Source: Alphaproteobacteria bacterium
GTDB lineage: Bacteria > Pseudomonadota > Alphaproteobacteria > Bin95
Direction of reading: 5' to 3'
Assembly: GCA_965205265.1 (NCBI GenBank)
Contig: CBDBGH010000003.1
Coordinates: forward strand, 3,168,001 to 3,232,000
DNA length: 64,000 bases
The position numbers and the translations under genes were made by a program. How positions within the stretch are numbered: the stretch's first letter is position 1; every line of letters begins with the position of its first letter. This document shows positions 38,143 through 50,459 of the stretch, piece after piece. The notes under the pieces are model-generated. The model was not told the origin of the DNA. It was given only the letters and a program-made list of their open reading frames with translations, and made no database searches.

Positions 38143-40440
38143 ATGAGCGCACGACAGGAATTCAAGGTCTCCGGCGAGGTCGTCGACCATTCGGGCCAGG
38201 GTGGAGACCGCAGCTACACGGTTGCGGAAGGTTACTCCGGACTGGCGAAAGTCATCGGCGGCGCCGGCAACAACTGGTTCACCGGGGGCCACAGGCCCGA
38301 CTGGTACCAGGGCGGCGCCAACCGCGACGGCGCCGACACGGCCAAGGGCGGCGCCGGCGACGACTTCCTCGCCGGCGGCAAGGGCGCGAACCTCCTCCGG
38401 GGCGAAGGGTGGGGCGACATCCTCGTCGGCAATCGCGACGATGCGTTCTTCGACCGGATGTACGGCGACAACGGCGACGACATGCTGGTCGCGGGCCGCG
38501 TGAAGGCGGCGAGCCGCACCGAAGAGGGGCCCAATGGCAACAGCGTGCGGGTCGGCCCGCAGCCCGACAACCCCGAGTGGTGGTCCCCGTCGCTGACGCG
38601 GGGCAACTTCATGACGGGCGGCGACGGCTTCGACCAGTTCGTGCTGGACCGCGAGAGCTACGTCCACATCACCGACTTCAGCCCCGACGAGGACATGATC
38701 GTCGTCTCGGGCCTGGGCGACCACACCCTGACGGAGTCCGTCCGGGTGGTGCACCACCCCGAGGGCTACTTCGGGAACACCCACTTCCGGATCGTCCTCG
38801 ACGGCAACATCGTGCTCGCGGAGATCGACGGCTACCGCTCCCTCGGGCGCTCCGCCGCCGACTTCGACCCCGATGACGCCAATCACGTCGCCCAGGCGAT
38901 CACCCGGATCTGGAGCGGGATCGAAGGCATGGACGGCGCGTTCCGGTTCGGGGGCACGGGGGCCGACGAGATGACGGGCACCGCCTTCGACGACCAGATG
39001 TGGGGCTGGGGCGGCGACGACGTCATCGACGCCGGCGCGGGCGACGACGAGGTCTGGGGTGGACACGGCAACGACACGATCCGCGGCGGCGCCGGCGAAG
39101 ACGAGATCTTCGGCGAGCACGGCAACGACACGCTCTGGGGCGGCGCCGGCCGGGACATCGTCGGCGGCGGGCAGGGCAACGACGTGCTCTACGGCGGCGG
39201 CGGCCAGGACCAACTCTCGGGCAACGGCGGCAACGACCGGCTCGATGGCGGCAAGGGCCGCGACTGGCTCCACGGCGGCGACGGTCGTGACATCTTCGTC
39301 ATCGACCCGAGCGGCGCGACGCCCGACGTCATCGTCGACTTCAACGTCGCCGAGGACTACGTGCGCCTTCCTCTCGGTCTCGCCCAGGCCGACGTGCAGT
39401 TCGAGCAGGTGGAGGGGGGGTTCACGAGAGATCGGGGCGACCGCTTCGGCTTCGACAATCCGGTGGCGGCGTACAGGCTCGTCACCGGAGAAGGGGACAG
39501 CAAGAAGACGCTCGCCATCTTCCTCAGCAAGGACGGACAGGACTTCTCGAACGTGGAGTTCATCTGGGACTTCGACCCGAACAAGGAGTATCCGCCGCCG
39601 CCCACGGGCAAGACCATCGACGGGACGGCAAAGAAGGACTTGCTGCTCGGCACCCGGGGTGACGACACCCTCAACGGCAAGGCCGGCAAGGACGACCTCT
39701 ACGGACGTGATGGCGACGACACGCTCAACGGCGATGAAGGCCATGACCGCCTCTACGGCGAGAACGGCAATGACACGCTCAACGGCGGCGACGGCAACGA
39801 CATCCTGGAGGGCGGCAAGGGCGACGACGAGCTCTACGGCAATGACGGCGATGACGTTCTCAGGGGCGGTTCCGGCAACGACACTCTCGAAGGCAACGAG
39901 GGGGACGACCGCCTCTTCGGCGGAGCCGGCAACGACACCATGTCCGGCGGCGACGGCAATGACCGGCTCTATGGCGGCAGCGGCGCCGACACGCTCGACG
40001 GGGATGACGGCGCCGACCGGCTCGAGGGCGGCGAGGGCAACGACATCCTCTCCGGCGGCAGGCACGACGACCGGCTCATCGGCGACGGCGGCAACGACCG
40101 GCTGGAAGGCGGCAAGGACGCCGACTACCTCACCGGAGGCGAGGGAGCCGACGAGTTCCTGTTCAGGAAGGGCGACGGCGTCGACGTCATCACCGACTTC
40201 GAGGACGGGACCGACACCATCGTGTTCCTCGCCGAGAAGGAGAAAAAGCTGGGGTCGAAGTTCATCGGGTTCGGTGACCTGGTCATCGAGGAAACCGACT
40301 ACGGCGTTCGCATCACGTCGAAGAAGTTCGCCGAAGGGCAGGAGATCCTCCTGCAGGGCGTGACCGCCGACCAGATCGACGAGGACGACTTCAACTTCGT
40401 CACCATTCAGGAGTACGAGGACCTGCTCATCAACGCCTGA
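38143..40440 (+). CDS. RTX (hemolysin-type Ca-binding repeat) secreted protein
   Basis: Three blocks of GGxGxDxLx nonapeptides; C-terminal DVITDFEDGTDTI...DDFNF T1SS-type signal; RBS AAGGAG. Confidence 0.93.
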   Translation: MSARQEFKVSGEVVDHSGQGGDRSYTVAEGYSGLAKVIGGAGNNWFTGGHRPDWYQGGANRDGADTAKGGAGDDFLAGGKGANLLRGEGWGDILVGNRDDAFFDRMYGDNGDDMLVAGRVKAASRTEEGPNGNSVRVGPQPDNPEWWSPSLTRGNFMTGGDGFDQFVLDRESYVHITDFSPDEDMIVVSGLGDHTLTESVRVVHHPEGYFGNTHFRIVLDGNIVLAEIDGYRSLGRSAADFDPDDANHVAQAITRIWSGIEGMDGAFRFGGTGADEMTGTAFDDQMWGWGGDDVIDAGAGDDEVWGGHGNDTIRGGAGEDEIFGEHGNDTLWGGAGRDIVGGGQGNDVLYGGGGQDQLSGNGGNDRLDGGKGRDWLHGGDGRDIFVIDPSGATPDVIVDFNVAEDYVRLPLGLAQADVQFEQVEGGFTRDRGDRFGFDNPVAAYRLVTGEGDSKKTLAIFLSKDGQDFSNVEFIWDFDPNKEYPPPPTGKTIDGTAKKDLLLGTRGDDTLNGKAGKDDLYGRDGDDTLNGDEGHDRLYGENGNDTLNGGDGNDILEGGKGDDELYGNDGDDVLRGGSGNDTLEGNEGDDRLFGGAGNDTMSGGDGNDRLYGGSGADTLDGDDGADRLEGGEGNDILSGGRHDDRLIGDGGNDRLEGGKDADYLTGGEGADEFLFRKGDGVDVITDFEDGTDTIVFLAEKEKKLGSKFIGFGDLVIEETDYGVRITSKKFAEGQEILLQGVTADQIDEDDFNFVTIQEYEDLLINA

Positions 40441-40603
40441 GCGCGACGCAACGGCAGAAGACACGAGGCAGGCGGCCGGGCGACCGGCCGCCTTGCCGTT
40501 TCCGGCGGCGGCTTGCAGGGCCGATCCGGCAGGGTGTTGCGTCCGGGACGGGGAGACGGGGTCATGACGACGGCCACGGGCAAGGCCGGGCTGCGGGACC
40601 GCC

Positions 40604-42382
40604 TTGCTGGCTGAGTCCTCTTCCTCCGGTGATCTGCACCCGCGCGCGGTCCTGGCCCGGCATCGCGGCGCGCTGATCGTGGTCGGCGCGCTGAGCGCGG
40701 CGGTGAACCTGCTGATGCTCGCCGGGCCGCTGTTCATGCTGCAGATCTACGACCGGGTGCTGACCAGCCGCTCGGAGGCGACGCTGGTCATGTTGTTAGC
40801 CATCGTGGTCTATCTCTACGGGCTGATGGGGCTGCTGGACGGCCTGCGCGGACGCATCCTGTCGCGGGTGGGCGCGGGGTTCCAGGACGCGCTGGACGAG
40901 CGGGTGTTCGACGCCGCCCACCGCGCCGGGCGGGATCCGTCGCGGCGCGGCAACCCGGGCCAGGCGTTGCAGAACCTGGAGTCGGTGCGCGGGTTTCTGG
41001 CCTCGCCGGCGCCGGGGGCGCTGCTGGACCTGCCCTGGACGCCGTTCTTCGTGGCGGTGATCTTCATCTTCCATCCGCTGCTGGGGTGGCTGGCGGTTGC
41101 GGGCGCCACGGTGCTGGTGGCGCTGGCGCTCGTCAACCGGTGGGCGACGCGCCGACCGCGGGAAGGGGCGGCGCGCCTGTCGGCCGAAGCCGCGATCCGG
41201 GCGGAAGATGTGCGCCGCGAGGCGGAGACGGTGACCGGCCTCGGCATGACGGGACCGCTGCGGGCGCGCTGGAAGTCGGTGCGCGAGGCGGCGCTGGAGC
41301 GGTCGATGCAGGCAGCGGACGCGGGCGGCGGCTATGCGTCGGCGAGCAAGGCGTTCCGTCTTCTTTTGCAGTCGGCGATGCTGGCGCTCGGGGCGTGGCT
41401 GGTGCTGGGGGGCGAACTGACGGCAGGGGCTATGATCGCGGCGTCGATCCTGCTGGGCCGGGCGTTGCAGCCGCTGGAGCAGACGGTCGCGCAGTCGGCG
41501 GCGATCCAGCGGGCGCGGTCGGGCTGGCTGGCGGTGTCGCGGCTGCTGGCGGAGATTCCTCCGGAGGTCCTGCCGATGGCGCTACCGCGTCCGGCGGCGC
41601 ATCTTCGGGTGCGCGACCTGACGGTGCTGTCGCCGGATCGCCGGGAGGTTCTGCTGCGGGGCGTGACGTTCGATGTTGCGCCGGGCGAGGCGGTTGCGGT
41701 GGTCGGTCCGAGCGGGGCCGGCAAGTCGACGCTGGCGAAGGCGCTGGCCGGGCTGTGGCTGGCGGCGCAGGGCGACATTCGCCTGGGCGGGGCGGAGCTG
41801 CCGGCCTGGGGCGAGGCGCTGTGGCGGGAGCATCTGGGCTACCTGCCGCAGGAGGTGGCGCTGCTGACGGGCAGCGTGGCGGAGAACATCGCCCGCTTTG
41901 ACGCGCAGGCGGACGAGGAGGCGGTGGTACGGGCGGCGACGGCTGCGGGTGCGCACGAGATGATCCTGTCGCTGCCGGCCGCCTACGACACGATGCTGGC
42001 GGGCGGCGGCGGGGTGTCGGGCGGGCAGCGCCAGCGCATCGGCCTGGCGCGGGCGCTCTACGGCGACCCGGCGCTGCTGGTTCTGGACGAGCCGGATGCG
42101 AGCCTCGACGATGCCGGGGTGGCGGCGCTGAACCGGGCGGTCGCGGGGGCGAAGGCGGCGGGCCGGGCGGTGGTGCTGATGGCGCACCGGCGGGCGATGC
42201 TGGCCGAATGCGCGCGGATCGCGGTGCTGGAGGGCGGGCGGCTGAAGATGTTCGGACCGGCCGGGGAGGTGCTGGCGCGGCTGCCGGGACCGCGCCCGCG
42301 GCTGACAACGGTGCGCCGGGACGGGGAACGCCGGGCGGCAGCGGACGCCGCCGGCCGTCAAGAGGCGGACGGCGATGGCTGA
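40604..42382 (+). CDS. Type I secretion ABC transporter (PrtD/AprD family)
   Basis: FMLQIYDRVLTSRS, DLPWTP, GPSGAGKST, SGGQRQRIGLARA, VLDEP. Confidence 0.93.
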   Translation: MLAESSSSGDLHPRAVLARHRGALIVVGALSAAVNLLMLAGPLFMLQIYDRVLTSRSEATLVMLLAIVVYLYGLMGLLDGLRGRILSRVGAGFQDALDERVFDAAHRAGRDPSRRGNPGQALQNLESVRGFLASPAPGALLDLPWTPFFVAVIFIFHPLLGWLAVAGATVLVALALVNRWATRRPREGAARLSAEAAIRAEDVRREAETVTGLGMTGPLRARWKSVREAALERSMQAADAGGGYASASKAFRLLLQSAMLALGAWLVLGGELTAGAMIAASILLGRALQPLEQTVAQSAAIQRARSGWLAVSRLLAEIPPEVLPMALPRPAAHLRVRDLTVLSPDRREVLLRGVTFDVAPGEAVAVVGPSGAGKSTLAKALAGLWLAAQGDIRLGGAELPAWGEALWREHLGYLPQEVALLTGSVAENIARFDAQADEEAVVRAATAAGAHEMILSLPAAYDTMLAGGGGVSGGQRQRIGLARALYGDPALLVLDEPDASLDDAGVAALNRAVAGAKAAGRAVVLMAHRRAMLAECARIAVLEGGRLKMFGPAGEVLARLPGPRPRLTTVRRDGERRAAADAAGRQEADGDG

Positions 42383-43676
42383 GCCGGCGCGCGGACGCTG
42401 GCCAACGGGCGGTCCGGTCCAGTTCGGACTGCTGGCGCTCGGCGTCGGGTTTGCCGGCGCGCTGGCCTGGGCCGCGACGGCGGAGATCCACGGCGCGGTG
42501 ATCGCGCCGGGCAGCGTGGAACTGGAGTCGCGGCGCCAGGCGATCCAGCATCCCGACGGCGGCGTCGTGGCGGCGCTGCCGGTGCGCGACGGGGCGCGGG
42601 TCGAGGCCGGCGCGGCGATCCTGGAGCTGGACGCCACCGAGCTTTCCGCCGAGAGGGCGCTGCTGGCGCGGCAGTTGCAGGAGGCGCGGGCGCGCATCGA
42701 CCGTCTGGCCGCCGAGGCCCGGTCCGGGGACAGTGTCGCGTTCCGCGATGCCGGCGCGGCGGCGGCCGACCCGGTGCTGGCGGCGCTGCTGGCGGCCGAA
42801 CGGGTTTTGTTCGAGACCGGGCGCGAGTTGCTGATGCAGACGGTGGCGCAGATCGGGGAGCGCAAGACGCAGACCGCGGCCTTCATCGAGGGGCTGCGGC
42901 TGCAGGGGAAGGCGATCGGCGACCAGCTGGCCCTGATCGGGGCGGAGGCCCGCGACAAGAAGGAACTGCTGGAGAAGGACCTGATCCCGAAGCCGCAGGT
43001 CGCGCGGCTGCTGCGGGAGGAGGCGCGGCTCACGGGCGAGCTCGGCCGGCTGGAGGCGGAGGCCGCGCGGGGCCGGAGCACGCTGGCGTCCTACGAGATC
43101 GAGCGGCTGCGCCTGCTGGCGGAACGGCGCGAGACGGCGCAGGCCGAAATGCGCACGCTGCAGCCGCGCGAGGCGGAACTCGCCGAGCGCCTGCGGGTGG
43201 TGGAGACCCGTCTCGCGCGGCGCGTGCTGCGCGCGCCGATGGCCGGCGTGGTCCACGGGCTGCAGGTGTTCACCGTCGGCGGGGTGATCCCGGCCGGCGC
43301 CGAGGTGGCGACCATCGTGCCCGAGGGCGTGCCGCTGGCGCCCCGGGTCCGGGTCGAGGCGGGCCAGATCGACGAGGTCCGGCCCGGCCAGGAGGTGACG
43401 GTCATGTTCCCCGCCTTCAACCTGCGCAGCGCGCCGGAGTTCACCGGCCGGGTGCGCACCGTCTCGGCCGATGCGCTGGTCGACGAAGCCACCGGCGCGC
43501 GCTACTACACCGCCGAGATCGCTTTGAGCGCGGAGTCCGAGACGCAGGCCCTGGCGCGCGGCATCGTCCCCGGCATGCCGGTCGAGGCCTTCATCCAGAC
43601 CCGCGCCCGCACCCCAATCGCCTTCCTGCTCGACCCCTTCACCGACTACATCCGCCACGCCTTCCGAGAGGAGTGA
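42375..43676 (+). CDS. HlyD family type I secretion adaptor
   Basis: IQHPDGGVV, RAPMAGVV, PGMPVEAFIQT. Confidence 0.93.
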   Translation: MAEPARGRWPTGGPVQFGLLALGVGFAGALAWAATAEIHGAVIAPGSVELESRRQAIQHPDGGVVAALPVRDGARVEAGAAILELDATELSAERALLARQLQEARARIDRLAAEARSGDSVAFRDAGAAAADPVLAALLAAERVLFETGRELLMQTVAQIGERKTQTAAFIEGLRLQGKAIGDQLALIGAEARDKKELLEKDLIPKPQVARLLREEARLTGELGRLEAEAARGRSTLASYEIERLRLLAERRETAQAEMRTLQPREAELAERLRVVETRLARRVLRAPMAGVVHGLQVFTVGGVIPAGAEVATIVPEGVPLAPRVRVEAGQIDEVRPGQEVTVMFPAFNLRSAPEFTGRVRTVSADALVDEATGARYYTAEIALSAESETQALARGIVPGMPVEAFIQTRARTPIAFLLDPFTDYIRHAFREE

Positions 43677-43925
43677 CGCCATCGGTCGGGTCCAGTCAGA
43701 GCGGAGAGACCGGAATAGGCCCGGACGGTCTTCTGCAAGGCGGTGCGGCGCGACAATCAGCTTGAGACGCTGGCGACAATCAGGATGAGACGGGGGAAGG
43801 CGGCGGCCCGGAACGGAGGGAGGGCGTAGCCCGACCGGAGTTCCGGGCCGCCGCCTCAAAAAATTTTTCCTGGACCTTCTGGCGGGGTCGGTCGGCTGGG
43901 CGAACGGTGACGTTTTTCCGAGTAG

Positions 43926-46273
<2,348 letters not shown>

Positions 46274-46627
46274 ACCGCTGCCGCCAGATCGGCCCAGCGG
46301 CCACAACACTCACGGCCCGCGGGAATCGCCTCCGCGGGCCGTCTCTTCTCCGACCCGACGGCCCCCCCGCGACAATCAAAACGCTCTCCGAAAACCCTGT
46401 TTGTCGCGCCGCGACAATCAAAATCCGAAACCGCTTGCAATCCGCGCCCCGCGCGACAATCATCAACTCGCCGATGCCGCCGGGGAATCTCATCCTGATT
46501 GACGCGCGGCTCTCACCCAGATTGTCGCGCTATAAGGCGGCCCGAACGCGCCGGATCGAAATGCGGTGCATGCCGGGTGCCGGGCTCAGATATCGACAAC
46601 AAGCAAGTGTCGGTCTCGGTGGTAGCG

Positions 46628-46918
46628 TGCCCTGGGTCCGGATCCCGAACCTCGGCTCGCACATCCTCGCCATCGTGCGCCGACGCCTGCCAGAGGACTG
46701 GACCGCGCGCTACAACATCACCCCCGTGCTCATCGAGACCTTCGTCGAGACCCCGCGCTACACCGGCACCGTCCACAAGGCGTCGGGCTGGACCCGCGTC
46801 GGCGCCACCCAGGGGGCGCGGGCGATACGACCGGCATACCAAACGAGCCCAGCCGAAAAAGGACATCTGGCTCCGATCCCTCCGAAAAGATTGGCGGCGC
46901 ACCCTCAATCGGTCGAAA
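46628..46918 (+). pseudogene. DUF4338 gene, 3' fragment with a frameshift near 46815
   Basis: PWVRIPNLGSHIL...LIETFVETPRYTGT..ASGW..VGATQG, then in another frame RGRYDR...KKDIWLR.LRKDWRRTLNR. Confidence 0.82.
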
Positions 46919-47130
46919 CGAGTCCGGGCGCGGTCGGACGGGTGTGCACATGCCAAGGGGCGGATAACTGTCTTCTCATCCCCCAGGATACGAAGGGTTA
47001 CCCGCTGTTTCTGCCGACAGCGCCGCGCCGGACTGCGCAGACATTCAATCCAATCCGCTTCCGGATCGCTTACGGATAAGGCAGTGAAAATAAAATTATG
47101 TTTCAATACAACAGGTTACATCGGTAGGAT

Positions 47131-47163
47131 TCAACAAAATACGTTTGTGTCGAGCACGAACAT
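47131..47163 (-). pseudogene. Stub of a PIN/FitB toxin
   Basis: MFVLDTNV then FC-stop, 12 nt downstream of the antitoxin. Confidence 0.65.
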
Positions 47164-47175
47164 CCGGTGTGCGGC

Positions 47176-47421
47176 CTACGCGAAGTCTGGAGGCTCGCGC
47201 ATGGGGCCGCGCGGCGGCAGTTCGAGTTCGACCCCGCCAAGGGGCGCAAAGCACTCGCGGGTGAACGCCGCCAGGTTCCGGGGGCCGGCCTCTCTCCGGT
47301 TCACAGCGTCGCGCAGGATGGTCCGCGCCTCCTCTTCCATGGAACGGCCACGCCCGGCGGCGCGCACGCGAAGGCGCGTCTTCACATCGTCATCGAGGTT
47401 GCGGATCGTGATGCTCGCCAT
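47176..47421 (-). CDS. FitA-like ribbon-helix-helix antitoxin
   Basis: MASITIRNLDDDVKTRLRVRAA..GRSMEEEARTIL. Confidence 0.9.
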   Translation of the reverse strand: MASITIRNLDDDVKTRLRVRAAGRGRSMEEEARTILRDAVNRREAGPRNLAAFTRECFAPLGGVELELPPRGPMREPPDFA

Positions 47422-47502
47422 GCCCGTCCCGGACCGTCTTCATGGAAGCGCCAGACTGCCGCACAATTGCGATGCCGGCAAGATTACCCCGCCCGGCCGC
47501 CG

Positions 47503-47907
47503 TCAACCGGGGGCGGCGGCCTTCCGGGCGGGCTTGCGGCGCCTGCGCCAGAGGCCGTAGCGCTTCAGGAAGCGGTACAGCGAGGTTGTGGTGACGACCG
47601 GGCCCTCGGCGGCGAGCGCCCGTTGCAGCGCGCCGACGGTGAGGTCCGGCCGTTGCTCCACAAGGCGGAAAATCCGCTCCCGCTCCGGCTCGGTGCTCGA
47701 CGGGCGGCCGCTCTTCGGGTCGTCGCGCATGTGGCCGCGCTCCAGGTAGCGCGCGATCCACCGCCGGACGCTCCTTTCGCTCACCTCGAACTGCCGGGCG
47801 GCGGCATTGCCGCTCATCCCCCTCTCCAGCACCGCAGCGACTACCCGGCGCCTGAGCTCCTCGCCGACGGGCCGGCCCCGTTTCCGCTCTGTCAATTCAT
47901 TCGTCAT
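47503..47907 (-). CDS. IS630-type HTH protein without a catalytic domain
   Basis: LRRRVVAAV, AARQFEVSERSVRRW, PDLTV, LYRFLKRYG. Confidence 0.7.
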   Translation of the reverse strand: MTNELTERKRGRPVGEELRRRVVAAVLERGMSGNAAARQFEVSERSVRRWIARYLERGHMRDDPKSGRPSSTEPERERIFRLVEQRPDLTVGALQRALAAEGPVVTTTSLYRFLKRYGLWRRRRKPARKAAAPG

Positions 47908-48224
47908 CCGCGCCCCCCGGCCGTCCCGGCCTTGCGTCCTGTTTTGCGTCTTCTCTAACGGAGGATTGCGTGCCGGCGCGCGCAGCTCCCCCGTCTGCCG
48001 CCCCCGGCGCTTTCAGCTCCCCACATCCCGTCGCATGGCCGCAATGCGGCGCGGTTCGTCAGGTCATTGTTCGCTCTTCATACCTGTATGGGCAGGGATT
48101 TAGGGCTTATTTTCCCGAATTGCAACCCATGGGGAGAAAAATATCCACAGGCGCGGAACGAAACCGCAGGACAGCGCCGCGCCGCCGACGCGCAACGACC
48201 GCCCCTCTCCGCCATTGCCCGAAC

Positions 48225-48575
48225 TCTCCGTCATGCCCGCCCCCCATATCGTCATGCCCGGACTTGTTCCGGGCATGACGGAAGAGCCTGTCGAAGGGGC
48301 GTTCAAGCATGATGGAAAGGGAGCGGACGGAGGGGCCGTGGGCACCGTTCGGCTTCGCCCGATGGCCAGGTTGCACGGGCCTTTGCCCCCTTCTCGTCGT
48401 CCCCGCGTCCCCGCCTGTCCCCGCGAAAGCGGAGGTCACCCCGGACTCGATCCGGGGTCCAGCCTCGGTTCTCGCGGCAGCCCCGGATCGCGGTCCGGGG
48501 CAGGCCCCGGCGGTCGATCCTGTTCTTCACCGGCTGCGGCGGCATCGGGAGTCATGGATGGACCCCGGCTTCCCC
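48225..48575. repeat. Cluster of REP-like palindromes
   Basis: GTCATGCCCGGACTTGTTCCGGGCATGAC (48251-48279), GTCACCCCGGACTCGATCCGGGGTCCA, GTCCCCGCGAAAGCGG. Confidence 0.7.
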
Positions 48576-48640
48576 GCTCGGGGGCGGGGACAGGCGGTTG
48601 GGGTAATGCAACGCCGCGCCCGCCGCGCCGGGTCTTCCCT

Positions 48641-49096
48641 CTACACCGTGCCCGTCGAGCCGAAGCCGCCTTCGCCGCGCTCGGTCGCGTCCAGTTCCGC
48701 GCATTCGCGCCAGGCGACGCGGGGAACGGGGTGGAGGACGAGCTGGGCGATCTTCATGCCGCGTTCTATGCGGATGGGCTCCGAGCCGGCGTTCAGCACG
48801 ATGATCTGGAGTTCGCCGCGATAGTCGGAATCGATGGTGCCGGGGCTGTTGGGCAGCATCAGCCCGCGGCGCAGCGCCAGGCCGGAGCGGGGCCGTATCT
48901 GCGCCTCCCAGCCCTCCGGCACGGCGAGGCGGAGCCCCGTCGGCACCAGCGCGCGCGCGCCGGGGGCAAGCTCCAGCGGCTCGTCCTCCGCCACCGCCGC
49001 CGCGATGTCGAGGCCGGCGCTGCCGGGCGTGGCGTATGCCGGCAGGCCCGGCGCATGGGGCAGGCGCTGGATGCGGACCTCGACCGGCTCCGTCAT
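48641..49096 (-). CDS. dut: dUTP diphosphatase
   Basis: AGLDI, RPRSGLA, PGTIDSDYRGE, RGEGGFGSTG. Confidence 0.97.
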   Translation of the reverse strand: MTEPVEVRIQRLPHAPGLPAYATPGSAGLDIAAAVAEDEPLELAPGARALVPTGLRLAVPEGWEAQIRPRSGLALRRGLMLPNSPGTIDSDYRGELQIIVLNAGSEPIRIERGMKIAQLVLHPVPRVAWRECAELDATERGEGGFGSTGTV

Positions 49097-50352
49097 GCGC
49101 CGGCGGCGCCAACGCCGCCAATCGTAACGTCCGCCGCGTCCGGCGCGGCGGCGAACCGGTCGGCAATGCGGAGCGCCAGGCGTTCGGCCACTTCGGTCTT
49201 GCTCGCCGGCGGCCAGTCCTCCACGCGATCCTCCTCGTCGATGAGGTGGATCGTGTTGCGCTCGCCGCCGAAAACGCCCGTGCCCGGCGACACGTCATTA
49301 GCGAGGATCCAGTCGCAGCCCTTGCGCCGGCGCTTGGCGCGGGCGTGCGCGACCGCATTCCCGGTCTCGGCGGCGAAGCCGACCACGAGCGGCGGGCGGC
49401 GGTTCTCCAGACGGGCGAGCCGGTGGAGGATGTCCGGATTCTCGGCGAGCGCCAGCGCGGGCAGGCCGCCGTTTTCCTTCTTGAGCTTCTCGCCGGCGGC
49501 CTCGCGCACCCGCCAGTCGGCGACCGCCGCCGCGCAGACCGCGATGTCCGCCGGCAGCGCCGCCATGCAGGCGTCCAGCATCTCCCGCGCCGTCTCGATC
49601 CGGCGGATTTGCACATGCGCGGGGTCGGGCTCGTGCGTCGGGCCGGTGACGAGCACCACTTCCGCGCCGTGGCGGGCGAGCGCGCCGGCGATCGCATGGC
49701 CCTGCTTGCCGGAGGAGCGGTTGGCGATGTAGCGCACCGGGTCTATCGGCTCCCAGGTGGGGCCGCTGGTGACCACCGCGCGCCTGCCCGCGAGCACGCC
49801 CGAGGCGCGGCCGGCCAGCGCGTTCTCTATGGCGGCGACGATCTCCTCGGGCTCCGCCATGCGTCCCGCGCCCGTCTCGCCGCAGGCGAGGTCGCCCGCC
49901 CCCGGCCCGACCCGCAGCACGCCGCGCCGCTCCAGCAGCGCCATGTTCGCCTGCGTCGCGGCATGGCTCCACATCTCGACATTCATCGCGGGCGCGACCA
50001 GCACCGGCTTGTCGGTGGCGAGCAGGGCGGTCGAGGCGAGGTCGTCGGCGAGCCCGGCCGCCATCTTCGCCATGAGGTCGGCGGTGGCCGGGGCGACCGC
50101 GACAAGGTCCGCCTCGCGCGAGAGCCGGATATGGCCCATCTCGCTCTCGTCGGTGAGCGAGAACAGGTCCCGGTACACCTTGTCCTCGGTGAGCGCGGCG
50201 AGCGAAAGGGGGGTGACGAACTCGGCCCCGCCGGCGGTCAGCACCGCGCGCACCGCCGCGCCCCGCTCGCGCAGCCGGCGCACGAGGATCAGGCTCTTGT
50301 AAGCGGCGACGCCGCCCGAGACGATCAGCAGAATGCGTTTGCCGTCCAGCAT
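49093..50352 (-). CDS. coaBC: Phosphopantothenoylcysteine decarboxylase/ligase
   Basis: GGVAAYKS, APATAD, APAMN, IDPVRYIANRSSGKQG, VGFAAET. Confidence 0.96.
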   Translation of the reverse strand: MLDGKRILLIVSGGVAAYKSLILVRRLRERGAAVRAVLTAGGAEFVTPLSLAALTEDKVYRDLFSLTDESEMGHIRLSREADLVAVAPATADLMAKMAAGLADDLASTALLATDKPVLVAPAMNVEMWSHAATQANMALLERRGVLRVGPGAGDLACGETGAGRMAEPEEIVAAIENALAGRASGVLAGRRAVVTSGPTWEPIDPVRYIANRSSGKQGHAIAGALARHGAEVVLVTGPTHEPDPAHVQIRRIETAREMLDACMAALPADIAVCAAAVADWRVREAAGEKLKKENGGLPALALAENPDILHRLARLENRRPPLVVGFAAETGNAVAHARAKRRRKGCDWILANDVSPGTGVFGGERNTIHLIDEEDRVEDWPPASKTEVAERLALRIADRFAAAPDAADVTIGGVGAAGA

Positions 50353-50459
50353 GGAACCCGGTTTTAGTCCTCTTGGGCGCGGGGGGGAAGCATTCGCGTC
50401 CCGGCCTGCATTCCGGTCGAAGCCGGAATTCGTCGCCCCGGACACCGCCCGGCCTCCAT

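Noticed and set aside
40564-40614. ATG 40564 as the start of the T1SS ABC transporter
   Set aside because: It is out of frame and closes after 16 codons; the TTG at 40604 fits better.
37627-40737. Long antisense ORFs (1036 aa here; also 4069-6957 and the 5' extension of 52763-56404)
   Set aside because: Shadow frames of real GC-rich genes with no recognisable motifs.
47503-47907. Complete IS630 element
   Set aside because: No DDE domain downstream and no terminal repeats recognised.
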